A DNA stretch of 46,215 nucleotides, from positions 1 through 46,215 of the forward strand of contig JBEKCL010000002.1 of NCBI GenBank assembly GCA_050014895.1. The letters are read 5' to 3'. The notes under the pieces were generated by a model that saw only the letters and a program-made list of their open reading frames with translations, was not told the DNA's origin and searched no databases. This stretch comes from Dehalococcoidia bacterium. Lineage in GTDB: Bacteria; Chloroflexota; Dehalococcoidia; GIF9; UBA5629. This document shows, piece by piece, positions 1 through 8,290 of the stretch (position 1 is the stretch's first letter; every line of letters begins with the position of its first letter). The position numbers and the translations under genes were made by a program.

Positions 1-1
1 T

Positions 2-712
2 TTCAAACCTGACGTGGCAATTCACATGGCTTGGGAATCTTTACCCGATTATAGTGCCAGGACCAGTATAAGAAATCTTAATTATGGACTGAGCTTGATA
101 ACCATGCTTGCTGAGTCGGGATGCAAGTCAACCATATGCACTGGAAGCTGTTGGGAATATGGGCAACAATCAGGAAAAGTTCATGAAGATACGCCATTAA
201 AACCATTGAACGCTTTTACTGCCGCCAAGAACGCCTTGCACTGGGTGGGCAGGGAAATCGCCAGGGAAAATGGTATGCATTTCATATGGACCCGGCTTTT
301 TTATGTTTATGGCCCCGGACAAAGGGATACCTCTCTCATTCCGTACATAATTAGTTGTCTGCGTAATGGTAAAAAACCAGAGATTAAGATGCCCGGGGCT
401 AGAAATGACTTTGTATATGTAGGCGATGTAGCCCGGGCAATTGCAGCAATCGTCAGGAAGTCGCAAAGAACCGATGTTTACAATATTGGCTCGGGCGGTT
501 CTACAAGCGTGCAGAAGATCATTGAGATTATTTATGACAAGTTTGATCTTCCAGGCAAATATGATAGACTATTAAATCTATCCAATAGTCCGGTTGTTGA
601 TTTTTGGGCAGATATTTCCCGAATTAAAAGTGACATTGGCTGGGAGCCTCAATCAAGCATCTCCGAAGGTATTGCGAAAACAATCAATTTTCATACCGAT
701 GATTGCAAATAA
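2..712 (+). CDS. NAD-dependent epimerase/dehydratase (extended SDR), 3' part; 5' end outside window
   Basis: The frame is open from nt 2 (FKPDVAIHMAW...), so the GTG at 14 in the ORF track is internal. The sequence is the C-terminal substrate-binding half typical of sugar-nucleotide SDRs (YNIGSG, GWEP). Stop TAA at 710-712. Confidence 0.7.
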   Translation, partial: FKPDVAIHMAWESLPDYSARTSIRNLNYGLSLITMLAESGCKSTICTGSCWEYGQQSGKVHEDTPLKPLNAFTAAKNALHWVGREIARENGMHFIWTRLFYVYGPGQRDTSLIPYIISCLRNGKKPEIKMPGARNDFVYVGDVARAIAAIVRKSQRTDVYNIGSGGSTSVQKIIEIIYDKFDLPGKYDRLLNLSNSPVVDFWADISRIKSDIGWEPQSSISEGIAKTINFHTDDCK

Positions 713-1440
713 TGAATAACTACCAAAAATTTCCTTCCCTTCGTAAATATGTTCGTACCAGGACAGATAAGAACAATAGTAAACTTGAGGAAGTGGGGAC
801 GAAGTGGATGAAAGTCCTGACCGATAATCGGCTTAATTATGAAATCGACTGGCTTGGTGTGCCGATAATCCAGACGCCAGAAGACCTGGTACTTATGCAG
901 GAACTGATCTTCAAGGTACAACCTGATTTTATCATCGAGACCGGCATTGCCCATGGCGGCGGCCTCATTTACTACGCTTCTCTAATGGAATTACTGGGCA
1001 AAGGAAAAGTGATAGGCATAGATATTGATATCAGGGAGCATAATAGAAAAGTTATTGAAGCTCATCCGTTAGCTAAAAGAATTGAAATGATTGAAGGCAG
1101 TTCTACATCTGAAGAGATAATCAAGAAAGTCAGATCAAAGATACCGGATAATTCTCAGGTTATCGTTTGTCTTGATTCGGATCACACCAAAGCGCATGTT
1201 TTAAAAGAACTGGAACTGTATAAAACGTTTATTATTCCAGGCGGTTATTTTGTTGTTTTTGACACTGTTATTTCGAAGTTGATCGAACCGGGAAATGCGG
1301 AAGAACATTATACTGATAACAGCCCAAGAGAGGCGGTAGATGAATTTTTAAAAAAGGATAAATGTTTTGAAATTGATAAAAGCTTCAATAAGCTTTTTGT
1401 CTCTTGCAGCCCGGATGGCTATTTAAAAAGAATCAGGTAA
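712..1440 (+). CDS. CmcI / cephalosporin-hydroxylase-family class I methyltransferase (sugar O/C-methyltransferase candidate)
   Basis: WLGVPIIQTPEDL, PDFIIETGIAHGGG (SAM glycine loop) and LDSDHT match my memory of the CmcI family. ATG 712 overlaps the upstream stop (TAATG). The ORF-track start at 703 is a TTG three codons upstream. Confidence 0.75.
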   Translation: MNNYQKFPSLRKYVRTRTDKNNSKLEEVGTKWMKVLTDNRLNYEIDWLGVPIIQTPEDLVLMQELIFKVQPDFIIETGIAHGGGLIYYASLMELLGKGKVIGIDIDIREHNRKVIEAHPLAKRIEMIEGSSTSEEIIKKVRSKIPDNSQVIVCLDSDHTKAHVLKELELYKTFIIPGGYFVVFDTVISKLIEPGNAEEHYTDNSPREAVDEFLKKDKCFEIDKSFNKLFVSCSPDGYLKRIR

Positions 1441-1443
1441 AAA

Positions 1444-2295
1444 ATGAAAGTATTTATTACCGGCGCTAAAGGTTTTATAGGCAGGGAACTGGTCTCGCAA
1501 TGTAAAAAACTGGGGATTGAAGTTCTTGAAGCCGATTTACCGGAAACGGATATATGTTCAAAAGGGATAGTCAAGTTAATCCCGGAAAATATCGATGCTG
1601 TCATTCATCTGGCTGCCCTGTCGAGAGACCCCGATTGTAAGAACAAAGCTTACGAATGTTTCACGCTTAATGTCATGGGGACATTGAATCTAATCGAAGC
1701 TGCCGGGGCAAAGAAAGCGAAGCAGTTTATTTTCGCTTCCAGCGAATGGGTTTATGATAACTGCACTGAAAAAGAGGTCAAGAACGAGGAATCAATCATT
1801 AATATCGCCAACCACAATTCGGAATATGCTTTGTCGAAGCTGGTTTCTGAAGCCAACCTGAGACAAAAATATCAATACGGATTCTGTCCGGTTACCGTCC
1901 TGCGCTTCGGGATAATCTATGGCGCCAGGAAAGAAGGTGGTTCGGCTCTGGAAACTATTTTTCAGAAGGTGAGACAGAATGATGAGATCGAGGTAGGTTG
2001 CCTGCAAACCGGCAGGCATTTCATTCATGTTTCAGACATAACCTCTGGAATTGTGAAGTCGATTGGCCTTCAAAATATTCAAATACTGAACCTGGAAGGG
2101 GATAGGTTAATAACCCTTCAGGATATTATTGAGACCTCCCGGGGAATTTTACATAAGGATATTAGGGTTATCGAGAAAGACCCGACCAGCGCCAGCGTCA
2201 GGCGGATTTCCAACGCAAAGGCAAAGAAACTTCTCAGTTGGGAACCGAAAGTGGATCTGGAGCAAGGGTTGAAGTCCCTGGCGTCAGAGGGATAA
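1444..2295 (+). CDS. NAD-dependent epimerase/dehydratase (SDR)
   Basis: N-terminal Rossmann motif ITGAKGFIGREL and catalytic YALSK (YxxxK). ATG lies 3 nt after the upstream stop. Confidence 0.85.
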   Translation: MKVFITGAKGFIGRELVSQCKKLGIEVLEADLPETDICSKGIVKLIPENIDAVIHLAALSRDPDCKNKAYECFTLNVMGTLNLIEAAGAKKAKQFIFASSEWVYDNCTEKEVKNEESIINIANHNSEYALSKLVSEANLRQKYQYGFCPVTVLRFGIIYGARKEGGSALETIFQKVRQNDEIEVGCLQTGRHFIHVSDITSGIVKSIGLQNIQILNLEGDRLITLQDIIETSRGILHKDIRVIEKDPTSASVRRISNAKAKKLLSWEPKVDLEQGLKSLASEG

Positions 2296-2426
2296 TATTC
2301 AAGAATAGGGAAAATGGAGCTTGAGCTTTGTCGATCAATGGATCATATGGGCCTGGACCTGCATGCTCCTTATTAAAGGGTTAATCCTGCAACTGTTAAC
2401 AGCCTGTACGGGAAACTGAAAAAGCT

Positions 2427-3347
2427 ATGAATTGTGATTTAAAAGTAGCACAAGAGATTTTAAGAGTAAGATTGAGCCAACTGGTTATTAATGAAAAATA
2501 CAAAGGGGGCTCTTTTAAGGTACCAATTCATTTGGCATTGGGACACGAAGCAATTGCGGTGGCTGTAGATTCTATTATGGAAGATGATGACAAGTTGATC
2601 CTCACGCATAGGAATATACACTATAACCTGGCGAGGACAAAACTTTTAAAGCCTGAACTTGACGAATATTTGTTAAAGAAAGAGGGGGTGGCTCAAGGTC
2701 AATTGGGTTCAATGAATTTGGCCAACGAGGATAAAAATATTGTCTACACTTCTAGCATCCTGGGGAACAACCTGGCTGTGGCTGCAGGAGTAGCTTTAGG
2801 GGAAAAAGTAAAGGGTACCAACAGTCTGGTTATAGTCGTCACCGGCGATGGGGCTATGGAAGAAGGCAGTTTTTATGAAAACCTGGTATTTCTTAAAAGC
2901 AATGGATTAAGTTGTTTGGTTTTGGTTGAGAACAATGGCTGGTCGTTGGCAACTACAATTGATGAGCGGCGGTGTAATATTGATATCCGGAAGATCGCCG
3001 AATCCTTATCTATCAGGTACGAAAAATTGGTGGACAACGATACCTATCGATACATTGAAAAGTTAAACGCTTTAAAACAGCATGTTTTGGAGAGTAAAAC
3101 ACCGGCAGTGGTTGAAATTGATCTTACAACATTAGGCGGTTATTACGTTAAGGCAGGAGAAAATACAAAGCCTAGATTTATCAATTATCATGCTGGGCCT
3201 GCCCCCGAAGTAAGCTTGAAGGAATTGCCCCTGATAGAAGAATCCAACAGCGACCCTGTCTTTGTCTTGCTGAAATATTTTGAGCAGAGTGTTCTTGAGA
3301 AAACCTCATCGGAAATTCTACGAAAGATCGAACATGAAATACATTGA
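2427..3347 (+). CDS. Thiamine-diphosphate-dependent E1 alpha-subunit-like protein (dehydrogenase E1 / transketolase N-terminal type)
   Basis: Intact ThDP-binding motif GDGAMEEGSFYENLVFLKSNGLSCLVLVENN (GDG-X26-NN). Length and order are typical of E1 alpha. Preceded by the only sizeable intergenic gap (131 nt) in this gene string. Confidence 0.8.
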   Translation: MNCDLKVAQEILRVRLSQLVINEKYKGGSFKVPIHLALGHEAIAVAVDSIMEDDDKLILTHRNIHYNLARTKLLKPELDEYLLKKEGVAQGQLGSMNLANEDKNIVYTSSILGNNLAVAAGVALGEKVKGTNSLVIVVTGDGAMEEGSFYENLVFLKSNGLSCLVLVENNGWSLATTIDERRCNIDIRKIAESLSIRYEKLVDNDTYRYIEKLNALKQHVLESKTPAVVEIDLTTLGGYYVKAGENTKPRFINYHAGPAPEVSLKELPLIEESNSDPVFVLLKYFEQSVLEKTSSEILRKIEHEIH

Positions 3348-4263
3348 ATTTATAAACGAATTAATAAGAAAAAAAGTATTGGAAACTGAAAATATCGTAC
3401 TTTTCGGGCAAAATATCTCAGCTGGCTCCTGCATTTCCGGTTTTACTAAAAATCTTAAAGTCCAGAAGGGACTTATTATTAATACTACCAATGCCGAAAA
3501 TACATTATGCGGCGTCGGGTTTGGCCTGATGTTAAGCAACGTGCCGTCAGTTTTCTTTATGAAACAGCTGGATTTTCTTTTGCTGGGGATTGACCACCTG
3601 GCAAATACTTATAATTTCATCAGGAGAAAACAGCCGACATCATCATTCACGATAATGCCGGTTATCGTCGATCAGGGTTACCAGGGTTTGCAGTCAAGCC
3701 TGAATAATTTAGGAGATTTTTGTTCTATAGCCAGGGTGCCGGGATTTGCGATAACTAACAAGGTAGATGCTGAAGAAATAATTAATACGCAGATGGTTTC
3801 CCCAGGATTCAGGATAATTGGAATCAGTCAGAGGTTGTATAAAGAAGAACTATTAGATATTGAAAAAATTTATTCGAACAAAGAGTGTTCGGTTTTCCAG
3901 TATAGTCAAGGGAAGGCCGCAACAATTGTTTGTTTTAATTTTTCCTTCTCTTACGGTTGGGAATTATCCGAGAGAGCAAAGGGAAACGGAGTTGATACCT
4001 CACTTTTTACAGTAAATTCTTATACTCCAGCTAAATGGGAGAGAATTATTGAAAATGTCAGAGAGACCCATAACCTGGTCATCATTGACGACAGTAAAAG
4101 CGAGAATCTTTCTTGTTATTCATTGATCAATGACATTCTTAATGAGTGTTCCTTGAAGAATAAAATTGTTGTTAAAAGAGATATGTCAGGGGATTGGCTT
4201 AGCCCAAGCCTTGAGCTGTTAGATATTGATTACCAGGGGATTTTGGAGAGAATTAGCCGGTGA
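3334..4263 (+). CDS. E1 beta-subunit-like / transketolase pyrimidine-binding-domain protein, partner of the preceding gene
   Basis: Divergent but recognisable E1 beta layout (MKYIEFINELI..., ...NAENTLCGVGFGL...DFLLLGIDHLAN). ATG 3334 gives a natural N-terminus and overlaps the E1 alpha stop by 14 nt. The ORF-track start at 3280 is probably too far upstream. Confidence 0.65.
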   Translation: MKYIEFINELIRKKVLETENIVLFGQNISAGSCISGFTKNLKVQKGLIINTTNAENTLCGVGFGLMLSNVPSVFFMKQLDFLLLGIDHLANTYNFIRRKQPTSSFTIMPVIVDQGYQGLQSSLNNLGDFCSIARVPGFAITNKVDAEEIINTQMVSPGFRIIGISQRLYKEELLDIEKIYSNKECSVFQYSQGKAATIVCFNFSFSYGWELSERAKGNGVDTSLFTVNSYTPAKWERIIENVRETHNLVIIDDSKSENLSCYSLINDILNECSLKNKIVVKRDMSGDWLSPSLELLDIDYQGILERISR

Positions 4264-5252
4264 TTATTAGCAGGACACCTTTACGAGTCAGTTTTGCCGG
4301 GGGTGGCTCAGATCTCAAGGCTTATTACCAGTACGGCTACGGCTCGGTGGTAAGTACGGCCATTGATAAATACATGTACGTAATGATTAACCGGACGTTC
4401 GACCATCACATACGCGTCATATACTCCAAGATCGAATACGTGGAAAAGGCCGAGGACATTGAACATAACCTGGCAAGGGTTGCGCTCGATTTAGTCGGAA
4501 TCAAAGGGAATGCAATGGACATTGCCTATATGGGGGACGTACTGCCGGCTCAATACGGCTCGGGGCTTGGGGCTTCAAGTAGCCTCACCGTTGGCATCCT
4601 TAATGCCCTCCACGCCTATAAAGGTGAACGTGTATCGGCCAACACTCTGGCAGAAGAGGCTTGCCGGATTGAAATAGAAATCCTGGGACGGCCTATTGGT
4701 AAACAGGACCAGTACCCGGCCGCCTATGGCGGCCTTAATTATATCCGTTTCAACCGGGATGAAAGTGTGTCCGTGGAGCCGATTGTTTGCAGACAGGCAA
4801 CAATGGAGGCGGTGGCTAAAAACATGCTGCTATTCTATACCGGACTGAAAAATACTCAGGCTGATAATATTTTGAGTGAACAGATGGGCAGGGCACTTGA
4901 TAACCGGCCAATCCTGGATAAGATGGTTGCCTTATCGGATGATCTTAGAACGGCGTTAAACGGCAATGATTTGACCAGGTTTGGCAATATTCTCCACGAG
5001 GGTTGGCTTTTAAAACAGAAGCTGGCTAATAACATTACCAATCCCACGATAGACGACTATTACGCCAAGGCTAGAAAGGCCGGGGCTGTCGGTGGCAAAA
5101 TTCTCGGCTCCGGCGGTGGTGGATTCTTGCTCTTGTACTGTGCTTCGGAGAAGCAAAATCAGGTCCGTGAAGCGATGTCTGAGCTCAGGGAAGTTGCTTT
5201 CAAATTTGAGCCGGAAGGTAGTAAAATTGTCTACATGAGTGATCTCCGGTGA
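4260..5252 (+). CDS. hddA: D-glycero-alpha-D-manno-heptose-7-phosphate kinase (GHMP kinase)
   Basis: N-terminus MIISRTPLRVSFAGGGSD and GHMP motif GSGLGASSS. GTG start overlaps the upstream stop (GTGA). Sits next to gmhA, gmhB and hddC. Confidence 0.8.
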   Translation: MIISRTPLRVSFAGGGSDLKAYYQYGYGSVVSTAIDKYMYVMINRTFDHHIRVIYSKIEYVEKAEDIEHNLARVALDLVGIKGNAMDIAYMGDVLPAQYGSGLGASSSLTVGILNALHAYKGERVSANTLAEEACRIEIEILGRPIGKQDQYPAAYGGLNYIRFNRDESVSVEPIVCRQATMEAVAKNMLLFYTGLKNTQADNILSEQMGRALDNRPILDKMVALSDDLRTALNGNDLTRFGNILHEGWLLKQKLANNITNPTIDDYYAKARKAGAVGGKILGSGGGGFLLLYCASEKQNQVREAMSELREVAFKFEPEGSKIVYMSDLR

Positions 5253-5869
5253 TTCATGTGAAGAAACTGAGCAAGAAGTTTGTTAAAGAGTACCTGGAAG
5301 AGATAAGGAAGCTCCTTGATTTAATCGAGGCAGACTTGACCGGTCAAATCGGCAAGCTGGCCATCATACTGGCGGAAGCCAGACAGGCCCGCAAGACAAT
5401 TTTCATTGTCGGAAACGGCGGCAGCGCGGCCACGGCCTCTCACTTTGCCGGCGATTTATCCAAGCTGACTATCGCAGAGGGATTTACCCGATTTAAAGCA
5501 ATTGCCCTGACCGATAATACGCCGAGCCTGCTGGCCTGGGCTAACGACGTTAACTATGAAGAGATTTTCGTTGGCCAGTTGAGGAACTTGCTGGAACCCG
5601 GCGATATTGTTATAGGGATAAGTGCAAGCGGCAATTCAATGAATGTAATCAAGGCCATTGAGTATGCCAACAAGAATGGCGCATTCACGATCGGCTTTTG
5701 TGGATATGATGGCGGCAAGCTGCTCAAATGCGCCCGGGAGAGCATCCTGGTACCCTGCACTCACATGCCAAGGGTGGAGGATATCCACATGCTAATGTGC
5801 CATCTCCTGGCATCACTGCTCCTGGAAGCAACAAAAGTAAAGGGTACGTCTTTAAAGAAGGGAAAATAG
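5249..5869 (+). CDS. gmhA: Phosphoheptose (sedoheptulose-7-P) isomerase, SIS domain
   Basis: SIS motif FIVGNGGSAATASHFAGDL and GISASGNS. GTG start overlaps the hddA stop (GTGA). Confidence 0.8.
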   Translation: MIHVKKLSKKFVKEYLEEIRKLLDLIEADLTGQIGKLAIILAEARQARKTIFIVGNGGSAATASHFAGDLSKLTIAEGFTRFKAIALTDNTPSLLAWANDVNYEEIFVGQLRNLLEPGDIVIGISASGNSMNVIKAIEYANKNGAFTIGFCGYDGGKLLKCARESILVPCTHMPRVEDIHMLMCHLLASLLLEATKVKGTSLKKGK

Positions 5870-5870
5870 T

Positions 5871-6899
5871 ATGAACGTTTTGCTTACTGGCAATAATGGC
5901 TATATTGGCTCGATGCTGACCAGCCTGCTCATTAAGAAGGGTCACAATGTTACAGGCCTGGATACAAACTATTATCATGGCTGCGAATTCGATCAATTCA
6001 GCTACCCGAAGTTAAAGCAGATAAAGAAGGACATCAGGGACGTGTCCAGGCAGGATTTGAAAAATATCGACGCCATTATTCACCTGGCTGCCCTTTCCAA
6101 CGACCCGCTTGGTCAGCTTGATGCCAATTTGACTTATGATATAAATTGCCAGGCTACAGTGAAGCTGGCTACGCTGGCTAAACAAGCAGGTATAAGAAAG
6201 TTTATCTATGCCTCCTCCTGCAGCCTGTATGGAATAGCCGGCGAAGAGGCGGTGACCGAGGACTCTCCGATGGCCCCGGTCACCGCTTATGCCATCTCGA
6301 AGGTGAGGTCCGAAGAATCCCTCTCCAAGATGGCCGACAATAATTTCTCCCCGGTGTTTTTGCGGGCCAGTACCGTTTACGGTATTGCCCCCATGCTTCG
6401 TTGCGACCTGGTAGTAAACAACCTGACTGGCTGGGCCTATACCACGGGAAAAATACGGATTATGAGCGATGGCACCCCGTGGCGTCCCACAATTCATGTC
6501 GAGGACCTGAGTCAGGCATATATTGCTTGCATGGAGGCCCCCACAGAGATTACACATAATCAAGCGTTTAATGTCGGCCAGAACAAGGAAAATTACCAGA
6601 TAAAGGATTTAGCCAGCGCAGTGAAAAAGGTTGTTCCGGGTTGTGAAGTTGAGTATACGTACGAACATGGTAGCGACTCGCGGACCTATAAGGTCAGCTT
6701 CGATAAGATATCGTCCAAGCTGAAGGGTTTTTCTCCCAAATGGGATGTTAATAAGGGAGTGCAGCAACTTTACGCGGCCTTTAAGGCTCATGGCCTGACG
6801 CATGAGGAATTCATAGGGAACAAGTATGTGAGATTGAACCATATTCAAGAGCTGATGCAGCAAAAAGCCATTGATGAAAAGCTTTTCTGGAGAAGTTAA
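5871..6899 (+). CDS. NAD-dependent epimerase/dehydratase (SDR) embedded in the heptose operon
   Basis: LLTGNNGYIGSML Rossmann motif, ASSCSLYG and YAISK catalytic residues. Confidence 0.85.
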   Translation: MNVLLTGNNGYIGSMLTSLLIKKGHNVTGLDTNYYHGCEFDQFSYPKLKQIKKDIRDVSRQDLKNIDAIIHLAALSNDPLGQLDANLTYDINCQATVKLATLAKQAGIRKFIYASSCSLYGIAGEEAVTEDSPMAPVTAYAISKVRSEESLSKMADNNFSPVFLRASTVYGIAPMLRCDLVVNNLTGWAYTTGKIRIMSDGTPWRPTIHVEDLSQAYIACMEAPTEITHNQAFNVGQNKENYQIKDLASAVKKVVPGCEVEYTYEHGSDSRTYKVSFDKISSKLKGFSPKWDVNKGVQQLYAAFKAHGLTHEEFIGNKYVRLNHIQELMQQKAIDEKLFWRS

Positions 6900-6902
6900 G
6901 GG

Positions 6903-7724
6903 TTGGGTATCAGACAAGCGGTTATCATGGCGGGCGGCGAGGGCATCCGTTTAAGGCCGCTGACACGCGATGTTCCGAAACCAATGGTTTTGGTAAATAA
7001 TCGCCCTTTTCTTGAGTATCTCATAGAAATGCTTAGGCTGAACGGGGTAAATGAAGTTGTTCTCCTGGTCGGCTATCTGCACGAGAAAATAACACAGCAT
7101 TTTGGGAATGGTTCAGGTTTTGGTCTTAGCCTGAAATATTCTGTCGGCAAGGTGAGTGATAAGACTGGCACCCGGATCAGAAATGCCGGCCCGCTTCTTG
7201 ATGATACCTTCCTCCTGATGTATGGTGACAACTATTGGCCGCTTGACCTGGAAGCTCTCCTTGAGGCCTATACCATGCATAAGACACTGGCCTCGACGAC
7301 GGTATATGCCAACAAAGATGGCAAGGGCGAATATGGCGCCGAAAACAACATATGTGTAGACAATAATGGCTACGTGCTGAAATATGATAAGAGTCGAAAA
7401 GACAAAGACCTTAACGGTGTTGATATAGGTTTTTTTATCGTGGGTAAAAAGGTCCTGGAATTAATGCCGGATCACAATTTTTCCTTTGAGGAAGAAATCT
7501 TACCGGTGCTGGTTGCTCAGCGTCAGCTTTCAGCTTATCAAACTGAGCACAGGTATTACTATATCAGCACTGTTGAGAATCTGAAAGCGGCCGAAAAATT
7601 CCTGCAGTCGAAAGAAGCAGTCGGCATCAATACTCTGCGTGGGTTTAAGCCTGAAGTGCTTGCTTCAGAAGATAACCTGAAGGGGCCGAATCATCTGAGC
7701 GGTAAAGGGGAGCGCCGGCCGTGA
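6903..7724 (+). CDS. hddC: Sugar-1-phosphate nucleotidyltransferase, probable D-glycero-alpha-D-manno-heptose-1-P guanylyltransferase
   Basis: Signature AVIMAGGEGIRLRPLT (GGxGxRLxPLT). This motif needs a start upstream of the first ATG, so the TTG at 6903 is the likely initiator. About 45 aa of C-terminal extension relative to typical family members. Confidence 0.7.
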   Translation: MGIRQAVIMAGGEGIRLRPLTRDVPKPMVLVNNRPFLEYLIEMLRLNGVNEVVLLVGYLHEKITQHFGNGSGFGLSLKYSVGKVSDKTGTRIRNAGPLLDDTFLLMYGDNYWPLDLEALLEAYTMHKTLASTTVYANKDGKGEYGAENNICVDNNGYVLKYDKSRKDKDLNGVDIGFFIVGKKVLELMPDHNFSFEEEILPVLVAQRQLSAYQTEHRYYYISTVENLKAAEKFLQSKEAVGINTLRGFKPEVLASEDNLKGPNHLSGKGERRP

Positions 7725-7737
7725 TGGGGAGCCTTCT

Positions 7738-8274
7738 TTGGCAGCGATGAAGCCTAACAAGGCCGTGTTTATTGACAGGGACGACACTATCTCCCCCGAC
7801 GTTCATTACTGCAGCCGGCCGGAGGATTTCGAACTATTTCCTGATGTGCCTGATGCAATACGCCAGTTAAATGCGTGCGGGTTTAAGGTGGTAGTCATTA
7901 CCAACCAATCAGGAATAGGGCGAGGTTACTTCACTGAAGAGACACTGGCCAAAATACATGACAAAATGCATTTGGAACTCGAAAAGCATGGTGCTCATCT
8001 CGATGCCGTCTATTATTGCCCGCACCATCCTGATGAGAACTGTGATTGCCGTAAGCCAAAGCCGGCCTTGCTGCTGAAGGCTGCAGAAGATCTCAAAATT
8101 GATGTTGCAAAATCATATATGGTTGGTGATAGTACAATGGATGTTGAGCTTGCCAGGACAGTAGGGTGTAAGGCTGCAGTCGTAACAGGGCAACGCAGCG
8201 TATCGAATGCGGATTTTATAGCAGCGACGTTTGCTGACGCCGTCAAATGGATACAGGAACAAGAAAACCTGTAG
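7738..8274 (+). CDS. gmhB: D,D-heptose 1,7-bisphosphate phosphatase (HAD superfamily)
   Basis: HAD motif I FIDRDDT, zinc-loop YYCPHHPDENCDCRKPKP, and GDS..D motif. Start is either TTG 7738 (GGGGAG 6 nt upstream) or ATG 7747. Confidence 0.85.
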   Translation: MAAMKPNKAVFIDRDDTISPDVHYCSRPEDFELFPDVPDAIRQLNACGFKVVVITNQSGIGRGYFTEETLAKIHDKMHLELEKHGAHLDAVYYCPHHPDENCDCRKPKPALLLKAAEDLKIDVAKSYMVGDSTMDVELARTVGCKAAVVTGQRSVSNADFIAATFADAVKWIQEQENL

Positions 8275-8290
8275 AGCGATGATTTAAAAA

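Noticed and set aside
2314-2376. 20-codon ORF (MELELCRSMDHMGLDLHAPY) in the 131-nt gap before the E1 alpha gene; possible leader peptide
   Set aside because: It is too short and has no supporting signal beyond a nearby AGGGAAA. It cannot be told apart from chance.
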